The translations under genes and the position numbers were made by a program. Positions 53,784 to 63,550 of a stretch of 64,000 nt of DNA are shown in pieces. Position 1 is the first letter of the stretch; every line of letters starts with the position of its first letter. This DNA comes from an uncultured Gammaproteobacteria bacterium (lineage in GTDB: Bacteria; Patescibacteriota; Patescibacteriia; Patescibacteriales; UBA12465), in the NCBI GenBank assembly GCA_964517325.1, contig CAZFBV010000002.1:5728-69727 (forward strand), given 5' to 3'. The notes beneath the pieces were generated by a model. That model was not told the DNA's origin and made no database searches. It worked only from the letters and a program-made list of their open reading frames with translations.

Positions 53784-55049
53784 GTGAAAATTTTTCCTAT
53801 CATAAAATTGGTCATCAAGAACTTGCGTGCTCGGAAAGGGAGGACGCTTTTGACTATTCTGGGGATCACTATCGGAGTCGCCGGCGTCATCACGATCGTC
53901 TCGCTCGGAGACGGCGCCCAGAGCTTGATTCTAGGACAAGTGACAAAATTAGGCAGCAACCTCTTAAGCATCCAACCAGGAAAAGCGGCTGAAAACGGAC
54001 CGCCTGTACCGGGACTGGTCATCACCAGCTTAGTGGATAGCGATGCTGCGGCTCTGCGCAATAGCGATCTGGTTCCTTTCGCTACGGCTATCAATGCCAA
54101 CGTTCAGGGTTCGGCTAGCATCAGCTGGGGCAATAAATCGGAAGACGTGACCTTCTTGGGCACCGATGAAGAATACCCGCGGCTAACTGCTTTCAGCATG
54201 CAATCAGGCCAATTTTTTTCAGCCGCTGAAAACACCGGCGGAGCGAATGTGATCGTCATCGGATCAGAAATCAGCCAAAAACTTTTTGGCGATGCCGACG
54301 TCGATCCTATCGGCCAAATAATCAAGATAAAAAGCTCTTTGCAAGATAAGGCGGGCGGGGTGCCGCTGCGGGTCATCGGCGTGATCGCGCCGCGTGGCAG
54401 CGCTTTCGGCCAGAATCAAGATACTCTGGTTTTCCTGCCGCTCATCATCGGGCAGCAACAGATACTCGGCATCCATTATCTGCAAGCTATTAACGTTAAA
54501 GTTAATGACGCTTCCAATATTGACGCGACTATCGCCGCGATTACTGCCGTTTTGAAACAACAGCATCATATCCTGCAAGATATCAATATAGACTTTACGA
54601 TCCGCAATCAGGCGGATGCCATCAAGATACTGTCGACTATCACTAATGCTCTCAGGCTATTCTTAGTGGCGATGGCCGGCATTTCCTTGATAGTGGGCGG
54701 AATCGGCATCCTGAATATCATGATGGTGACCGTCGGCGAAAGAACCAGGGAAATCGGACTAAGGAAAGCGGTCGGCGCGACCAAAAAAGCAATTCGCAAC
54801 CAATTCTTGCTAGAGGCGATCCTCCTGACTAGCTTAGGAGGAATAGTAGGCATTATCTTCGGATCTCTGGTTTCCTATTTGATCTCCTCGCTCATGGTTT
54901 ATCTGAAATATGATTGGACTTTTTCTATTTCCTTGAAGGCCATCCTCCTATCCGTCGGCGTTTCCATCCTGACTGGCGTCGTCTTCGGCCTCTCTCCGGC
55001 ACTGAGAGCTTCTAAGCTTGACCCGATAGATGCTTTAAGATATGAATGA
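53784..55049 (+). CDS. MacB/FtsX-family ABC permease with a large extracytoplasmic domain
   Basis: GTG start. Has an N-terminal TM, an extracytoplasmic domain of about 230 aa and a C-terminal FtsX 3-TM bundle (ERTREIGLRKAVGA). Confidence 0.85.
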   Translation: MKIFPIIKLVIKNLRARKGRTLLTILGITIGVAGVITIVSLGDGAQSLILGQVTKLGSNLLSIQPGKAAENGPPVPGLVITSLVDSDAAALRNSDLVPFATAINANVQGSASISWGNKSEDVTFLGTDEEYPRLTAFSMQSGQFFSAAENTGGANVIVIGSEISQKLFGDADVDPIGQIIKIKSSLQDKAGGVPLRVIGVIAPRGSAFGQNQDTLVFLPLIIGQQQILGIHYLQAINVKVNDASNIDATIAAITAVLKQQHHILQDINIDFTIRNQADAIKILSTITNALRLFLVAMAGISLIVGGIGILNIMMVTVGERTREIGLRKAVGATKKAIRNQFLLEAILLTSLGGIVGIIFGSLVSYLISSLMVYLKYDWTFSISLKAILLSVGVSILTGVVFGLSPALRASKLDPIDALRYE

Positions 55050-56286
55050 TATCCGTAATGCTTTCAAACAATCTTGGCAGGCTTTATCCGCGAACAAAGC
55101 GCGGACTATTTTGACGACTCTGGGCATCATGATCGGTATCGCGACAGTCATATTAGTCCTTTCGGCCGGCGCCGGTTTCCGCACCCTGATCAATGACCAG
55201 ATCGCTAGTTTCGGAACGAATACCTTATATGTCCAGACTAAGATCCCTTCCAAGAATAAATATGTGCTCGGAGAAGAACATGTCAGCACAGGCGTAGTGA
55301 TCACCACCTTAAATCAGAGAGATCTGGATAGCATCAGGAGATTGCCTAACGTAGTTAATGATTACGGCTTAGTGATGGGACAGGCGGTCGCCAGTTATCG
55401 GTCTAACCAGAAAAACGCTGTTTATGTAGGAGCTTCGGCGGCTATGTTTGAAATCGATCAGAGCACTTTGAAATCCGGACGTTTCTTTACGGCAGCGGAA
55501 GACAGCGGCGGCGCCCAAGTGGTCATTCTGGGCAATAAGATCGCTTCAGACTTATTCAAGCAGGATGAACCCTTAGGAAAGCTGATTCGGATCGGATCAT
55601 TAAACTTCTTGGTGATCGGCGTTTACAATACTTCCAGCGGCTTAGGAGGGGGATATGACGATTATCTATTTATGCCTGTGAATACGGCGCAAAAAAAGAT
55701 GCTGGGTATCAATTATTTAGTAGAGGCCGTGGTCCAGATTAGCGATCTGAGCCTGAGCGATTTGACATCGGCGGATATCAGCACGGCTATCAGGCATAAC
55801 CATAATATCACCGACCCGGTGAAAGATGATTTCGTCGTCACTACCCAAGCCCAAGTCATGGATATATTCAATACGATCTTTAATAGCATCACGATTTTAT
55901 TGATTGCCATTGCGGCCATCTCGCTGGTCGTCGGCGGCGTCGGAATTATGAATATCATGTACGTAGTCGTGACGGAAAGAACCGGAGAAATCGGCCTCAA
56001 AAAAGCCTTAGGCGCTAAAAATTATAATATCTTACAAGAATTCCTGATCGAAGCCGTTTTAGTTACTTTATTCGGCGGTGCCATCGGCATAATATTCGGC
56101 TCCTTACTGAGCTGGATCTTAACTCTGGTAGCTATAAATAGCGGCTTAGCTTGGACTTTTACCGTTCCTTTGTATGCCATCGGCATCGGTTTCGGCGTTT
56201 CGGCGCTCATCGGCATCGGTTTCGGCGTCTTGCCGGCCTTAAATGCGGCTAAATTAGATCCGATCGAAGCTTTAAATCATGAATAA
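55042..56286 (+). CDS. MacB/FtsX-family ABC permease (paralogue)
   Basis: Same architecture (ERTGEIGLKKALGA). Shares an 8-nt ATGAATGA overlap with the upstream permease. Confidence 0.85.
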   Translation: MNDIRNAFKQSWQALSANKARTILTTLGIMIGIATVILVLSAGAGFRTLINDQIASFGTNTLYVQTKIPSKNKYVLGEEHVSTGVVITTLNQRDLDSIRRLPNVVNDYGLVMGQAVASYRSNQKNAVYVGASAAMFEIDQSTLKSGRFFTAAEDSGGAQVVILGNKIASDLFKQDEPLGKLIRIGSLNFLVIGVYNTSSGLGGGYDDYLFMPVNTAQKKMLGINYLVEAVVQISDLSLSDLTSADISTAIRHNHNITDPVKDDFVVTTQAQVMDIFNTIFNSITILLIAIAAISLVVGGVGIMNIMYVVVTERTGEIGLKKALGAKNYNILQEFLIEAVLVTLFGGAIGIIFGSLLSWILTLVAINSGLAWTFTVPLYAIGIGFGVSALIGIGFGVLPALNAAKLDPIEALNHE

Positions 56287-59008
56287 TAGTATCAATCAAA
56301 ACATGAAAAAAATAAATATTAACAATAATGCCGAAGCGGAACCGGAATTTTTTCATAGTCTAAAAGCAGAAACAGTTTTTAAAATCGTCAATTCTTCCAC
56401 CGGAGGTTTGAATCCCGAGGAAGCGAAAAAACGCTTGCTAAAGAACGGCCCGAATGTCTTAAAACAAGAAAAACCTTACAGCCGCTGGAAAATTTTTTTC
56501 TCGCAATTCAAGAATCCTCTGATTTACATCCTGCTCGGCGCCGGCGCCATTTCGGCTCTTGTCGGCGAGCATATCGACGCTCAAGTGATCGCCGCGACCG
56601 TTCTGATCAATGTTATTATCAGCTTTGTCCAGGAAGATAAGGCTAATGACGCTCTAAATAAACTCAAAAAAATAGTCGAACATCAGGCTTATGTCCGCCG
56701 GAACGGAAAGGAAATAGAAATTCCGGCCGCGGAGATCGTCGTCGGCGACGTTTTGATATTGAAAGCCGGCAAAATAATCTCGGCCGATGCCCGCGTCTTT
56801 GAAGATTCCGACTTGGAAGTGAACGAAGCTAGCTTAACGGGCGAATCTTTAGCCGTCTCTAAGAGTATCCTGCCGTCAGCGCCGCAGTCTGGCTTGGCTG
56901 ACCGCCAAAGCATGGTTTATGCCGGCACTAACGTCGTCAGCGGACACGGGCTGGCTGTCGTCACGACTACCGGCTACAAGACCGAGGTCGGAAAGATAGC
57001 GGAAATGGTCGAAAAAACGGATAGCGGCCCGACCCCCTTGCAAAAACGTTTAAACAGTATTTCTAAATTTCTCGGCCTGAGCGTGGTTCTCATCTGCCTG
57101 ATTATCGTCTTGACCGGCGTTCTAAAAGGAGTTGATTTCATAACTATACTTCTGGCCGCTATCGCCATATCGGCCGCCGCCATCCCCGAAGGATTATCCG
57201 TCGCTATTACCGTCATCCTCGCCATCGGCATGAAACATATAGTCAAGAAAAAAGCTCTGGTGCGCAAATTATTAGCCGCCGAAACCCTGGGCTCGATCAC
57301 GGCTATCTGCTCGGACAAGACCGGAACTCTGACTGAAGGGAAGATGCGCCTCGAAGAAATCGTGTCCTATTCCGGACGATTAACTCCGGCGAAACTGGAA
57401 GGCCGCGGCGATTTATCAAAATTAAAAGATTTCATGTTCGCCTTGAAAACCGGCGTTTTATGCAATAATGCGGTCATTGATCCGGAAACGGCGAAGAGCT
57501 CCGGATTAGCCCTGGAGGTATCATTCCTGCAAGTCGCTCTTGATTTAGGCGTCAGCCAGGCGGAATTGATGAAAGATGAGCCGCGCTTAAGCGAGCTGCC
57601 TTTCAATAGCGACCGGAAATTCATGATTAGCCTGCACCGGAAAGAAAATTCCTTCAGTCTCTATGAAAAAGGAGCCGGAGAGATCGTCTTGGAAAAATGC
57701 GCTTTTCTCGAGGACGCCGGCCGGATCAGAAAATTAGAGCAATCAGATAAGAAAAAAATATTATCTCTTTATGATGAATTGACTCTCAGCGGATTGCGCG
57801 TCATCGCCTTAGCGCACTCCGATTTGAAATCTCTGCCTTTTGATTCGGCGGCGGAAGATAAGAATTGGAGCTTGATAGATAAGAATCTGATTTTTGTCGG
57901 CCTAGCCGCTTTCAAGGATCCTCTCCGCCATGAAGCTAAGAAAACCATCGCTTTATGCAAAAAAGCCGGCATCAGGCCGATAATCATTACCGGCGACCAT
58001 CCTAATACCGCCCAAGCTATCGCTGCGGAATTAAGGATGGATTTAGGCGCGATTGGCGTCGTCAGCGGCGAGTTCTTGGAAAAAATCAATGACAGCGAAC
58101 TCGGAGAGCTGGTTAAGACGGCGCCAGTCTATGCCAGGGTAAATCCGAATCATAAATTACGTATCGTTAACGCCTTGAAAAAAAACGGCGAAGTCGTCGC
58201 TATGACCGGCGATGGCTTGAATGATTCTCCGGCCCTGAAGACGGCTGATATCGGCATCTGTCTCGGTTCCGGCACGGAAGTCGCCAAAGAAACCGCTGAT
58301 ATCGTCCTGCTTGATGATAATTTCAGCGTCATTGTCAGCGCTATCAGACAGGGGCGCATTATCTTCGATAATATCCGAAAATCCTTGACCTATCTGATTG
58401 CCGACTGTTTTTCGGAAATAATCCTCATCATGGGATCAATCATCTTCAATATGCCGCTAGCCCTCCTGCCAACCCAGATTCTCTGGATCAATATCTTGAA
58501 TGACGGTTTTCCCAGCCTCTCCATGGCTTTCGAGACTAATGATGACGGCGTGATGGCGCGCCAGCCGATTGGACGCAACGAGTCTATTTTTAACAAAGAA
58601 ATGAAAGCGCTCTTGTTCGGCGTCGGCTTTGTCAGGGAAGCCTTATTATTCGCCGGCTACTACTATTGCGCTACGCATTTAAGCGTTTTAGGCTGGAGCC
58701 TGGCTTATCTTCGTACCTTATTGATCGCCATATTAGTCGCTAAATCCATCACCGCTATCTTCAGCCTGCGCAGCTTCTCTTTGCCCATATATCGAATAAA
58801 ACAGCTGGCAAATCCGTATCTATATATAGCCATCGGCCTCAGCTTCGGCTTATTAGCCGCTGCCGTCTATTGGCCGGTCTTGAACGGATTATTAAAGACA
58901 GAACCGCTCGCCGTAAGCGCCTGGCTCATAGTCATAGCTGTCTCTTTAATGAATATCTTGATGATGGAAATCGTCAAAGCTTGGTTCGCCCATAAGAAAA
59001 ATAAGTAA
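56279..59008 (+). CDS. P2-type cation-transporting P-type ATPase (Ca2+/Mg2+-like)
   Basis: TGES, PEGL in TM4, the phosphorylation site CSDKTGTLT, and TGDGLNDSPALK. 909 aa with an 8-nt ATGAATAA overlap with the permease. Confidence 0.9.
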   Translation: MNNSINQNMKKININNNAEAEPEFFHSLKAETVFKIVNSSTGGLNPEEAKKRLLKNGPNVLKQEKPYSRWKIFFSQFKNPLIYILLGAGAISALVGEHIDAQVIAATVLINVIISFVQEDKANDALNKLKKIVEHQAYVRRNGKEIEIPAAEIVVGDVLILKAGKIISADARVFEDSDLEVNEASLTGESLAVSKSILPSAPQSGLADRQSMVYAGTNVVSGHGLAVVTTTGYKTEVGKIAEMVEKTDSGPTPLQKRLNSISKFLGLSVVLICLIIVLTGVLKGVDFITILLAAIAISAAAIPEGLSVAITVILAIGMKHIVKKKALVRKLLAAETLGSITAICSDKTGTLTEGKMRLEEIVSYSGRLTPAKLEGRGDLSKLKDFMFALKTGVLCNNAVIDPETAKSSGLALEVSFLQVALDLGVSQAELMKDEPRLSELPFNSDRKFMISLHRKENSFSLYEKGAGEIVLEKCAFLEDAGRIRKLEQSDKKKILSLYDELTLSGLRVIALAHSDLKSLPFDSAAEDKNWSLIDKNLIFVGLAAFKDPLRHEAKKTIALCKKAGIRPIIITGDHPNTAQAIAAELRMDLGAIGVVSGEFLEKINDSELGELVKTAPVYARVNPNHKLRIVNALKKNGEVVAMTGDGLNDSPALKTADIGICLGSGTEVAKETADIVLLDDNFSVIVSAIRQGRIIFDNIRKSLTYLIADCFSEIILIMGSIIFNMPLALLPTQILWINILNDGFPSLSMAFETNDDGVMARQPIGRNESIFNKEMKALLFGVGFVREALLFAGYYYCATHLSVLGWSLAYLRTLLIAILVAKSITAIFSLRSFSLPIYRIKQLANPYLYIAIGLSFGLLAAAVYWPVLNGLLKTEPLAVSAWLIVIAVSLMNILMMEIVKAWFAHKKNK

Positions 59009-59009
59009 T

Positions 59010-60272
59010 ATGTTCAATTTTTTTCATAAGAAAACTATTCTAGATAAAGCAAGAATCTTCCTTAAAGGCAGAAAGATTTTAATCATCGCCGGCGTTATCA
59101 TCCTGGCAGTTTCGGGAATCTGGCTATCTTTTAAAATATTTGATTTCAAAACAGCTTCCGAATTCCAAAAGAATCCAAAAAATGAGCCGATTAAACCGAT
59201 AGAAAATAAAAAGCTTCTGGAAATAAATAGCGGCGATACTTATGGAAAATTGATGTCCGCCGCCGCTATAGAAACTTCTACGGCCGATATGATCTTCAAA
59301 GCGGCCGCTCCGATTTACGGATTAGAGAAGATCCGCGCCGGGCACGCCCTGGAATTGATCTATAACGCAAATTGGACCGAGTTAAACAAACTAGTCTACA
59401 AGATCGACTCTGAGGATGAAGTTATTGTGACTAAAAATGCTTCCAGCACTTGGCAGGCAGAGATGAAACCGATAGACTATGAGATAAAAACTGTCGTCAA
59501 AAGCGGGGAAGTAAAGACTTCCATGTATGCGGCCGCTTTAGAAAATAACATTGACGAGAGAGCAATCATTGCGCTGGCCGACGCCTTCCAATGGACTATT
59601 GATTTCGCGCTTGACCCGCGCGTCGGCGATAAGTTCAAATTCGTCTATGAAGAAAGATATCTAGATGGGAAATACGTCATGCCCGGACGCGTCTTCGCTG
59701 GCTCTTATATCAACGGCGGGCAAGAATATCATGTTTATTATTTTTCTGAAGACGAGACCAATACCGGTTATTTTGATGAAAACGGTAATTCCGCTCAAAA
59801 AATGTTCCTGAAAGCTCCGGTTTCCTTCAAATATATATCATCCAGCTTCACTACCGGCATGAGATATGTCGAGGCTTTCAATGTGTCTACGGGACATCGG
59901 GCAGTCGATTATGCCGCGACTGCCGGCACGCCGATCCGCACGGTCGGCGATGGGACGGTCATTTTCGCCTCCTATAACGGTCCTTACGGCAATATGGTCA
60001 AAGTCCAGCATAATGGCACCTATACGACTAATTACGGCCATATGTCCAAATTTGCCGTCAAGAAGGGCGCTAAAGTGAAGCAAGGGCAGACGATAGGCTA
60101 TGTCGGTTCGACCGGTTTCTCGACCGGCCCGCACCTGCACTTCGAAATGGTCAAGAACGGGGTCAAGATAAACCCGCTCAAAGAGATAACGCCGCCCGGG
60201 AAAGCTATTAGGCCAGAAAATAGGGATCGCTTCGCCATGGAGATAAAAAAATGGCAGGATATACTGAAATAG
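59010..60272 (+). CDS. Membrane-anchored M23 (LytM) metallopeptidase with an OapA/Csd3-like N-terminal region
   Basis: N-terminal TM, HRAVDY, and GYVGSTGFSTGPHLHFE. Starts 1 nt after the ATPase stop. Confidence 0.85.
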   Translation: MFNFFHKKTILDKARIFLKGRKILIIAGVIILAVSGIWLSFKIFDFKTASEFQKNPKNEPIKPIENKKLLEINSGDTYGKLMSAAAIETSTADMIFKAAAPIYGLEKIRAGHALELIYNANWTELNKLVYKIDSEDEVIVTKNASSTWQAEMKPIDYEIKTVVKSGEVKTSMYAAALENNIDERAIIALADAFQWTIDFALDPRVGDKFKFVYEERYLDGKYVMPGRVFAGSYINGGQEYHVYYFSEDETNTGYFDENGNSAQKMFLKAPVSFKYISSSFTTGMRYVEAFNVSTGHRAVDYAATAGTPIRTVGDGTVIFASYNGPYGNMVKVQHNGTYTTNYGHMSKFAVKKGAKVKQGQTIGYVGSTGFSTGPHLHFEMVKNGVKINPLKEITPPGKAIRPENRDRFAMEIKKWQDILK

Positions 60273-60279
60273 AAAAAAG

Positions 60280-60288
60280 TGCTATAAT
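60280..60288 (+). promoter_or_regulatory. Extended -10 element TGcTATAAT upstream of the SIMPL gene
   Basis: An exact TGnTATAAT lies 47 nt before ATG 60336. Confidence 0.35.
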
Positions 60289-60335
60289 GGAAAAAAAGGG
60301 CTAGCTCAAAAATTTAGAAATTAATATAAAAATAT

Positions 60336-61052
60336 ATGGAAAAAACTACCAAACTTCTGCCTTTCGGATTAATTTTGGGGGTCAGTTTAATAATCACCGG
60401 CGCGATTATCGCCCGGACATTTCTTAATGTCAAAGAGCTGGATAACGTCATTTCTGTTTCCGGCTCAGCTAAACAAACCGTCACTTCTGATTCCGCGCGC
60501 TGGACAGGTAATTTTTCCCGCACCATTCTCAAAGATCAGATCAAGAGCGGTTATGCCATGATGAAAAATGACGAGAAGATAGTTTCCGATTTTTTCAAAT
60601 CGCAAGGATTCACGAACGTCGAAATCTCTCCGGTCTTCATGAACGAAGTCTACAAGAGCGATGCTAACGCCCCAAAAGAATATAATCTCGTCCAAAATAT
60701 CGAAGTAAAATCCGATGATGTCAACAAGATGAAAGAATTAGCTAAAAATAGCGACCAATTAGCTGACAAGGGGGTAATTTTCTCGGCTAATTCCGTCGAA
60801 TACTATTACTCAAAATTACCGGAATTGCGCGTTTCTTTATTGCCGGCAGCTATCAAGGACGCTAAGAATCGCGCCGCCTCGATCGCCGAAAGCAGCGGCA
60901 AGAATGTCGATGCTATCAAATCAGTTTCTATGGGTGTAGTCCAGGTGATGTCCGTCGGTTCGATTGATGTTTCCGATTACGGCTCTTATGACACCTCTAA
61001 CATCGAAAAAGAAGTGATGATTACCGTTAAGACGGTTTTCGGATTGAAATAG
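60336..61052 (+). CDS. SIMPL (DUF541) domain protein with an N-terminal anchor
   Basis: 238 aa. The C-terminal block AIKDAKNRAASIAESSGKNV is typical of SIMPL. Confidence 0.7.
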   Translation: MEKTTKLLPFGLILGVSLIITGAIIARTFLNVKELDNVISVSGSAKQTVTSDSARWTGNFSRTILKDQIKSGYAMMKNDEKIVSDFFKSQGFTNVEISPVFMNEVYKSDANAPKEYNLVQNIEVKSDDVNKMKELAKNSDQLADKGVIFSANSVEYYYSKLPELRVSLLPAAIKDAKNRAASIAESSGKNVDAIKSVSMGVVQVMSVGSIDVSDYGSYDTSNIEKEVMITVKTVFGLK

Positions 61053-61094
61053 CGCAAAACCTTGATTATCAGGATAAAATATATCAATTAGTAT

Positions 61095-61122
61095 AAAAAC
61101 CTCATAAAAAATGAGGTTTTTT
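61095..61122 (+). terminator. Intrinsic terminator
   Basis: AACCTCAT-aaaaa-ATGAGGTT-TTTT. Confidence 0.7.
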
Positions 61123-61180
61123 AATATTTAAGCGCTTTATATCCGTCATATTATATGATATTATTAATGATATTATATAT

Positions 61181-61205
61181 TTACAATTATCTAAACTTAT
61201 TGTAA
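61181..61205. promoter_or_regulatory. Perfect inverted repeat TTACAAT-N11-ATTGTAA upstream of uvrB (candidate operator)
   Basis: The 7-bp arms are perfect and sit 50 nt upstream of the uvrB ATG. The half-sites resemble -35 hexamers. Confidence 0.3.
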
Positions 61206-61254
61206 GATAAAGCCCCATATTTGATAAGAATTAATCCGGTATTTCTTAAACTAA

Positions 61255-63090
61255 ATGGAAAAGATATTTAAGCTAGAATCTAATTTTAAGCCCGCCGGCG
61301 ACCAGCCGGAAGCTATTAAAAAACTCCGAGAAGGCTTGGAGAAGGGTTTTAATTATCAGACGCTTCTAGGCGTAACCGGGTCAGGCAAGACTTTCACTGT
61401 CGCTAATATCATTAAGGAATTCAATAAGCCGGTGTTAGTCATCGCCCCTAATAAAGCCCTGGCTGCCCAGCTTTATCGCGAATACAAGAATTTCTTTCCG
61501 GAAAATGCCGTCCATTACTTCGTTTCCTATTATGATTATTACCAGCCAGAAGCCTATCTCCCGATAACCGATACTTATATCGACAAAGAGGCGATGATCA
61601 ACCAAGAAATAGACCGCTTGCGCCATGCCGCCACTTCGTCGCTCGTTTCCCGCCGCGATGTTATCATTGTCGCCTCGGTTTCCTGCATCTATAATCTCGG
61701 TGTTCCGTCCAGCTATCTGGAGGCGAAATTAGTCCTGGAAAAAGGCAAACCCATGGTCAGAGCCGATCTCATCAAGCAGCTGATAAAGATCCAATTCGAA
61801 AGGACGAGCGGCGAGATCGATCGCGGCGAGTTCCGCGTCCGCGGCGACGTCTTTGAAATCCGCCCGAAATCAGAGAATGTCATCTACCGCCTGGAACTCA
61901 ATGGCCAAGCCATCAGCGATTTAGCTATCATCGATAATACGACGAAAAATATCATCGGCGATTTGGAAGAGATCGTCGTTTTCCCGCCCAAGCATTTCGT
62001 CTCGACGACGCCGCAAATTGCGGCGGCTATCAAGAATATTCAGGAAGAACTCAGGGATCGCCTGGCTTATTTCAAAAAGGAAGGATTCTTATTGGAAGCG
62101 GAACGCCTAGAGAGGCGGACAAAATACGATATAGAAATGCTCCGAACCCTAGGCTACTGCCATGGCATCGAGAATTACTCGCGCCATCTGACCGGAAAAC
62201 TGGCTGGCGAAGCGCCTGACTCTTTATTAGCCTATTTTCCCTGGAAAGACGGGAAACCGGATTTTCTGACAGTCATTGACGAATCACATATCGGTATCCC
62301 GCAGATAAGGGGCATGTATAATGGCGATCAAGCGCGCAAAAAAACTTTGATCCAATACGGCTGGCGCTTGCCCTCAGCCCTGGATAACCGCCCCCTGAAA
62401 TTCAATGAATTCGAGGCGCGCGTCGGACAGATGATATTTACGACCGCGACGCCGGGCGAATTTGAATTGAAGCATTCCGAGCAGATTGCTGAACAGGTCA
62501 TCCGTCCGACCGGCTTAGTCGATCCGGAAATAGAAGTCCGGCCGGTCTTCAACAAGAAAGAGAATTATAGCCAGATAAATGACGTCATGGCGGAAGTAAA
62601 GGGAATCGCGGCTTTAGGCGAACGGGCGATCATCAATACTCTGACTAAAAAACAGGCTGAAGATCTTAATACTTATTTGAACGGCCAAGGCTTCAGATCA
62701 AATTATCTCCATTCCGATATCAAGACTTTCGAGCGTACCGAAATATTGAAGAATTTCCGGGAAGGGAAGTTCGACGTTCTGATCGGCGTCAACCTCTTGC
62801 GCGAAGGCCTAGACTTGCCGGAAGTGACGCTCGTCGCTATCCTCGACGCCGACCGCGAAGGCTTCCTGCGCAGCGAAACTTCGCTTATGCAGATCATGGG
62901 GCGCGCCGCCCGCAACGTCAAAGGCAAGATCATACTATACGCCGACAAGAAGACGGCTTCGATGAAGAAAGCTATCAATGAAGCCGAACGCCGCCGCGCC
63001 AAGCAATTAGAATATAATAAAAAACATAAGATCACGCCGCTGAACATCGAGAAGAAAATCGAAGATTTTCTTGATGCCGCGGAGAAATAA
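61255..63090 (+). CDS. uvrB: Excinuclease ABC subunit B, lacking the C-terminal UVR domain
   Basis: GVTGSGKTF, DESH and the helicase motifs. It is 611 aa and ends shortly after KHKITPLNIEKKI. Confidence 0.95.
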   Translation: MEKIFKLESNFKPAGDQPEAIKKLREGLEKGFNYQTLLGVTGSGKTFTVANIIKEFNKPVLVIAPNKALAAQLYREYKNFFPENAVHYFVSYYDYYQPEAYLPITDTYIDKEAMINQEIDRLRHAATSSLVSRRDVIIVASVSCIYNLGVPSSYLEAKLVLEKGKPMVRADLIKQLIKIQFERTSGEIDRGEFRVRGDVFEIRPKSENVIYRLELNGQAISDLAIIDNTTKNIIGDLEEIVVFPPKHFVSTTPQIAAAIKNIQEELRDRLAYFKKEGFLLEAERLERRTKYDIEMLRTLGYCHGIENYSRHLTGKLAGEAPDSLLAYFPWKDGKPDFLTVIDESHIGIPQIRGMYNGDQARKKTLIQYGWRLPSALDNRPLKFNEFEARVGQMIFTTATPGEFELKHSEQIAEQVIRPTGLVDPEIEVRPVFNKKENYSQINDVMAEVKGIAALGERAIINTLTKKQAEDLNTYLNGQGFRSNYLHSDIKTFERTEILKNFREGKFDVLIGVNLLREGLDLPEVTLVAILDADREGFLRSETSLMQIMGRAARNVKGKIILYADKKTASMKKAINEAERRRAKQLEYNKKHKITPLNIEKKIEDFLDAAEK

Positions 63091-63105
63091 AACTAAGAAA
63101 TAAAT

Positions 63106-63549
63106 ATGAAAAATATGGATACGAATAAAGACAATCTGCGGCCAAAAATCGGTTTAGGCGTCATGATAAAAGACGGCAACGATAAAGTTCTTATCGGCCT
63201 CCGTTTATCGCCGCATGGTCAAGGAACATGGAGCTTTCCTGGCGGCCATCTAGAATTTGGGGAGACTATGGCTGAAGCAGCCGCGAGAGAAGCTAAAGAA
63301 GAGACTGGCCTAGATGTTTCTGATTTAGAACTTATCTCCGTCGCCGACGAAATGGGCTCTTTGGATAAAGGAAAACATTATGTCAATATCGGATTCCTGG
63401 CGCACGTAATCAATGGTGAACCGAAGATAATGGAACCGGAAAAATGCGAACGCTGGGAATGGTTCTCTTTAGACAGGTTGCCGGAACCATTATTCGAGGG
63501 CACCGCCCTAGTAATTGAGAGATATAAGATGGGGAGAATATATAAATAA
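63106..63549 (+). CDS. NUDIX hydrolase
   Basis: Nudix box GGHLEFGETMAEAAAREAKEETGL. Confidence 0.85.
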   Translation: MKNMDTNKDNLRPKIGLGVMIKDGNDKVLIGLRLSPHGQGTWSFPGGHLEFGETMAEAAAREAKEETGLDVSDLELISVADEMGSLDKGKHYVNIGFLAHVINGEPKIMEPEKCERWEWFSLDRLPEPLFEGTALVIERYKMGRIYK

Positions 63550-63550
63550 T

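Noticed and set aside
56178-56228. A 21-nt direct repeat CATCGGCATCGGTTTCGGCGT (30-nt period) in the last TM of the second FtsX permease, considered as a possible in-frame insertion.
   Set aside because: The paralogous permease has exactly the same number of residues (26) between WTF and PA. There is therefore no insertion. It is an internal Gly-rich TM repeat (IGIGFGV twice) of no obvious consequence.
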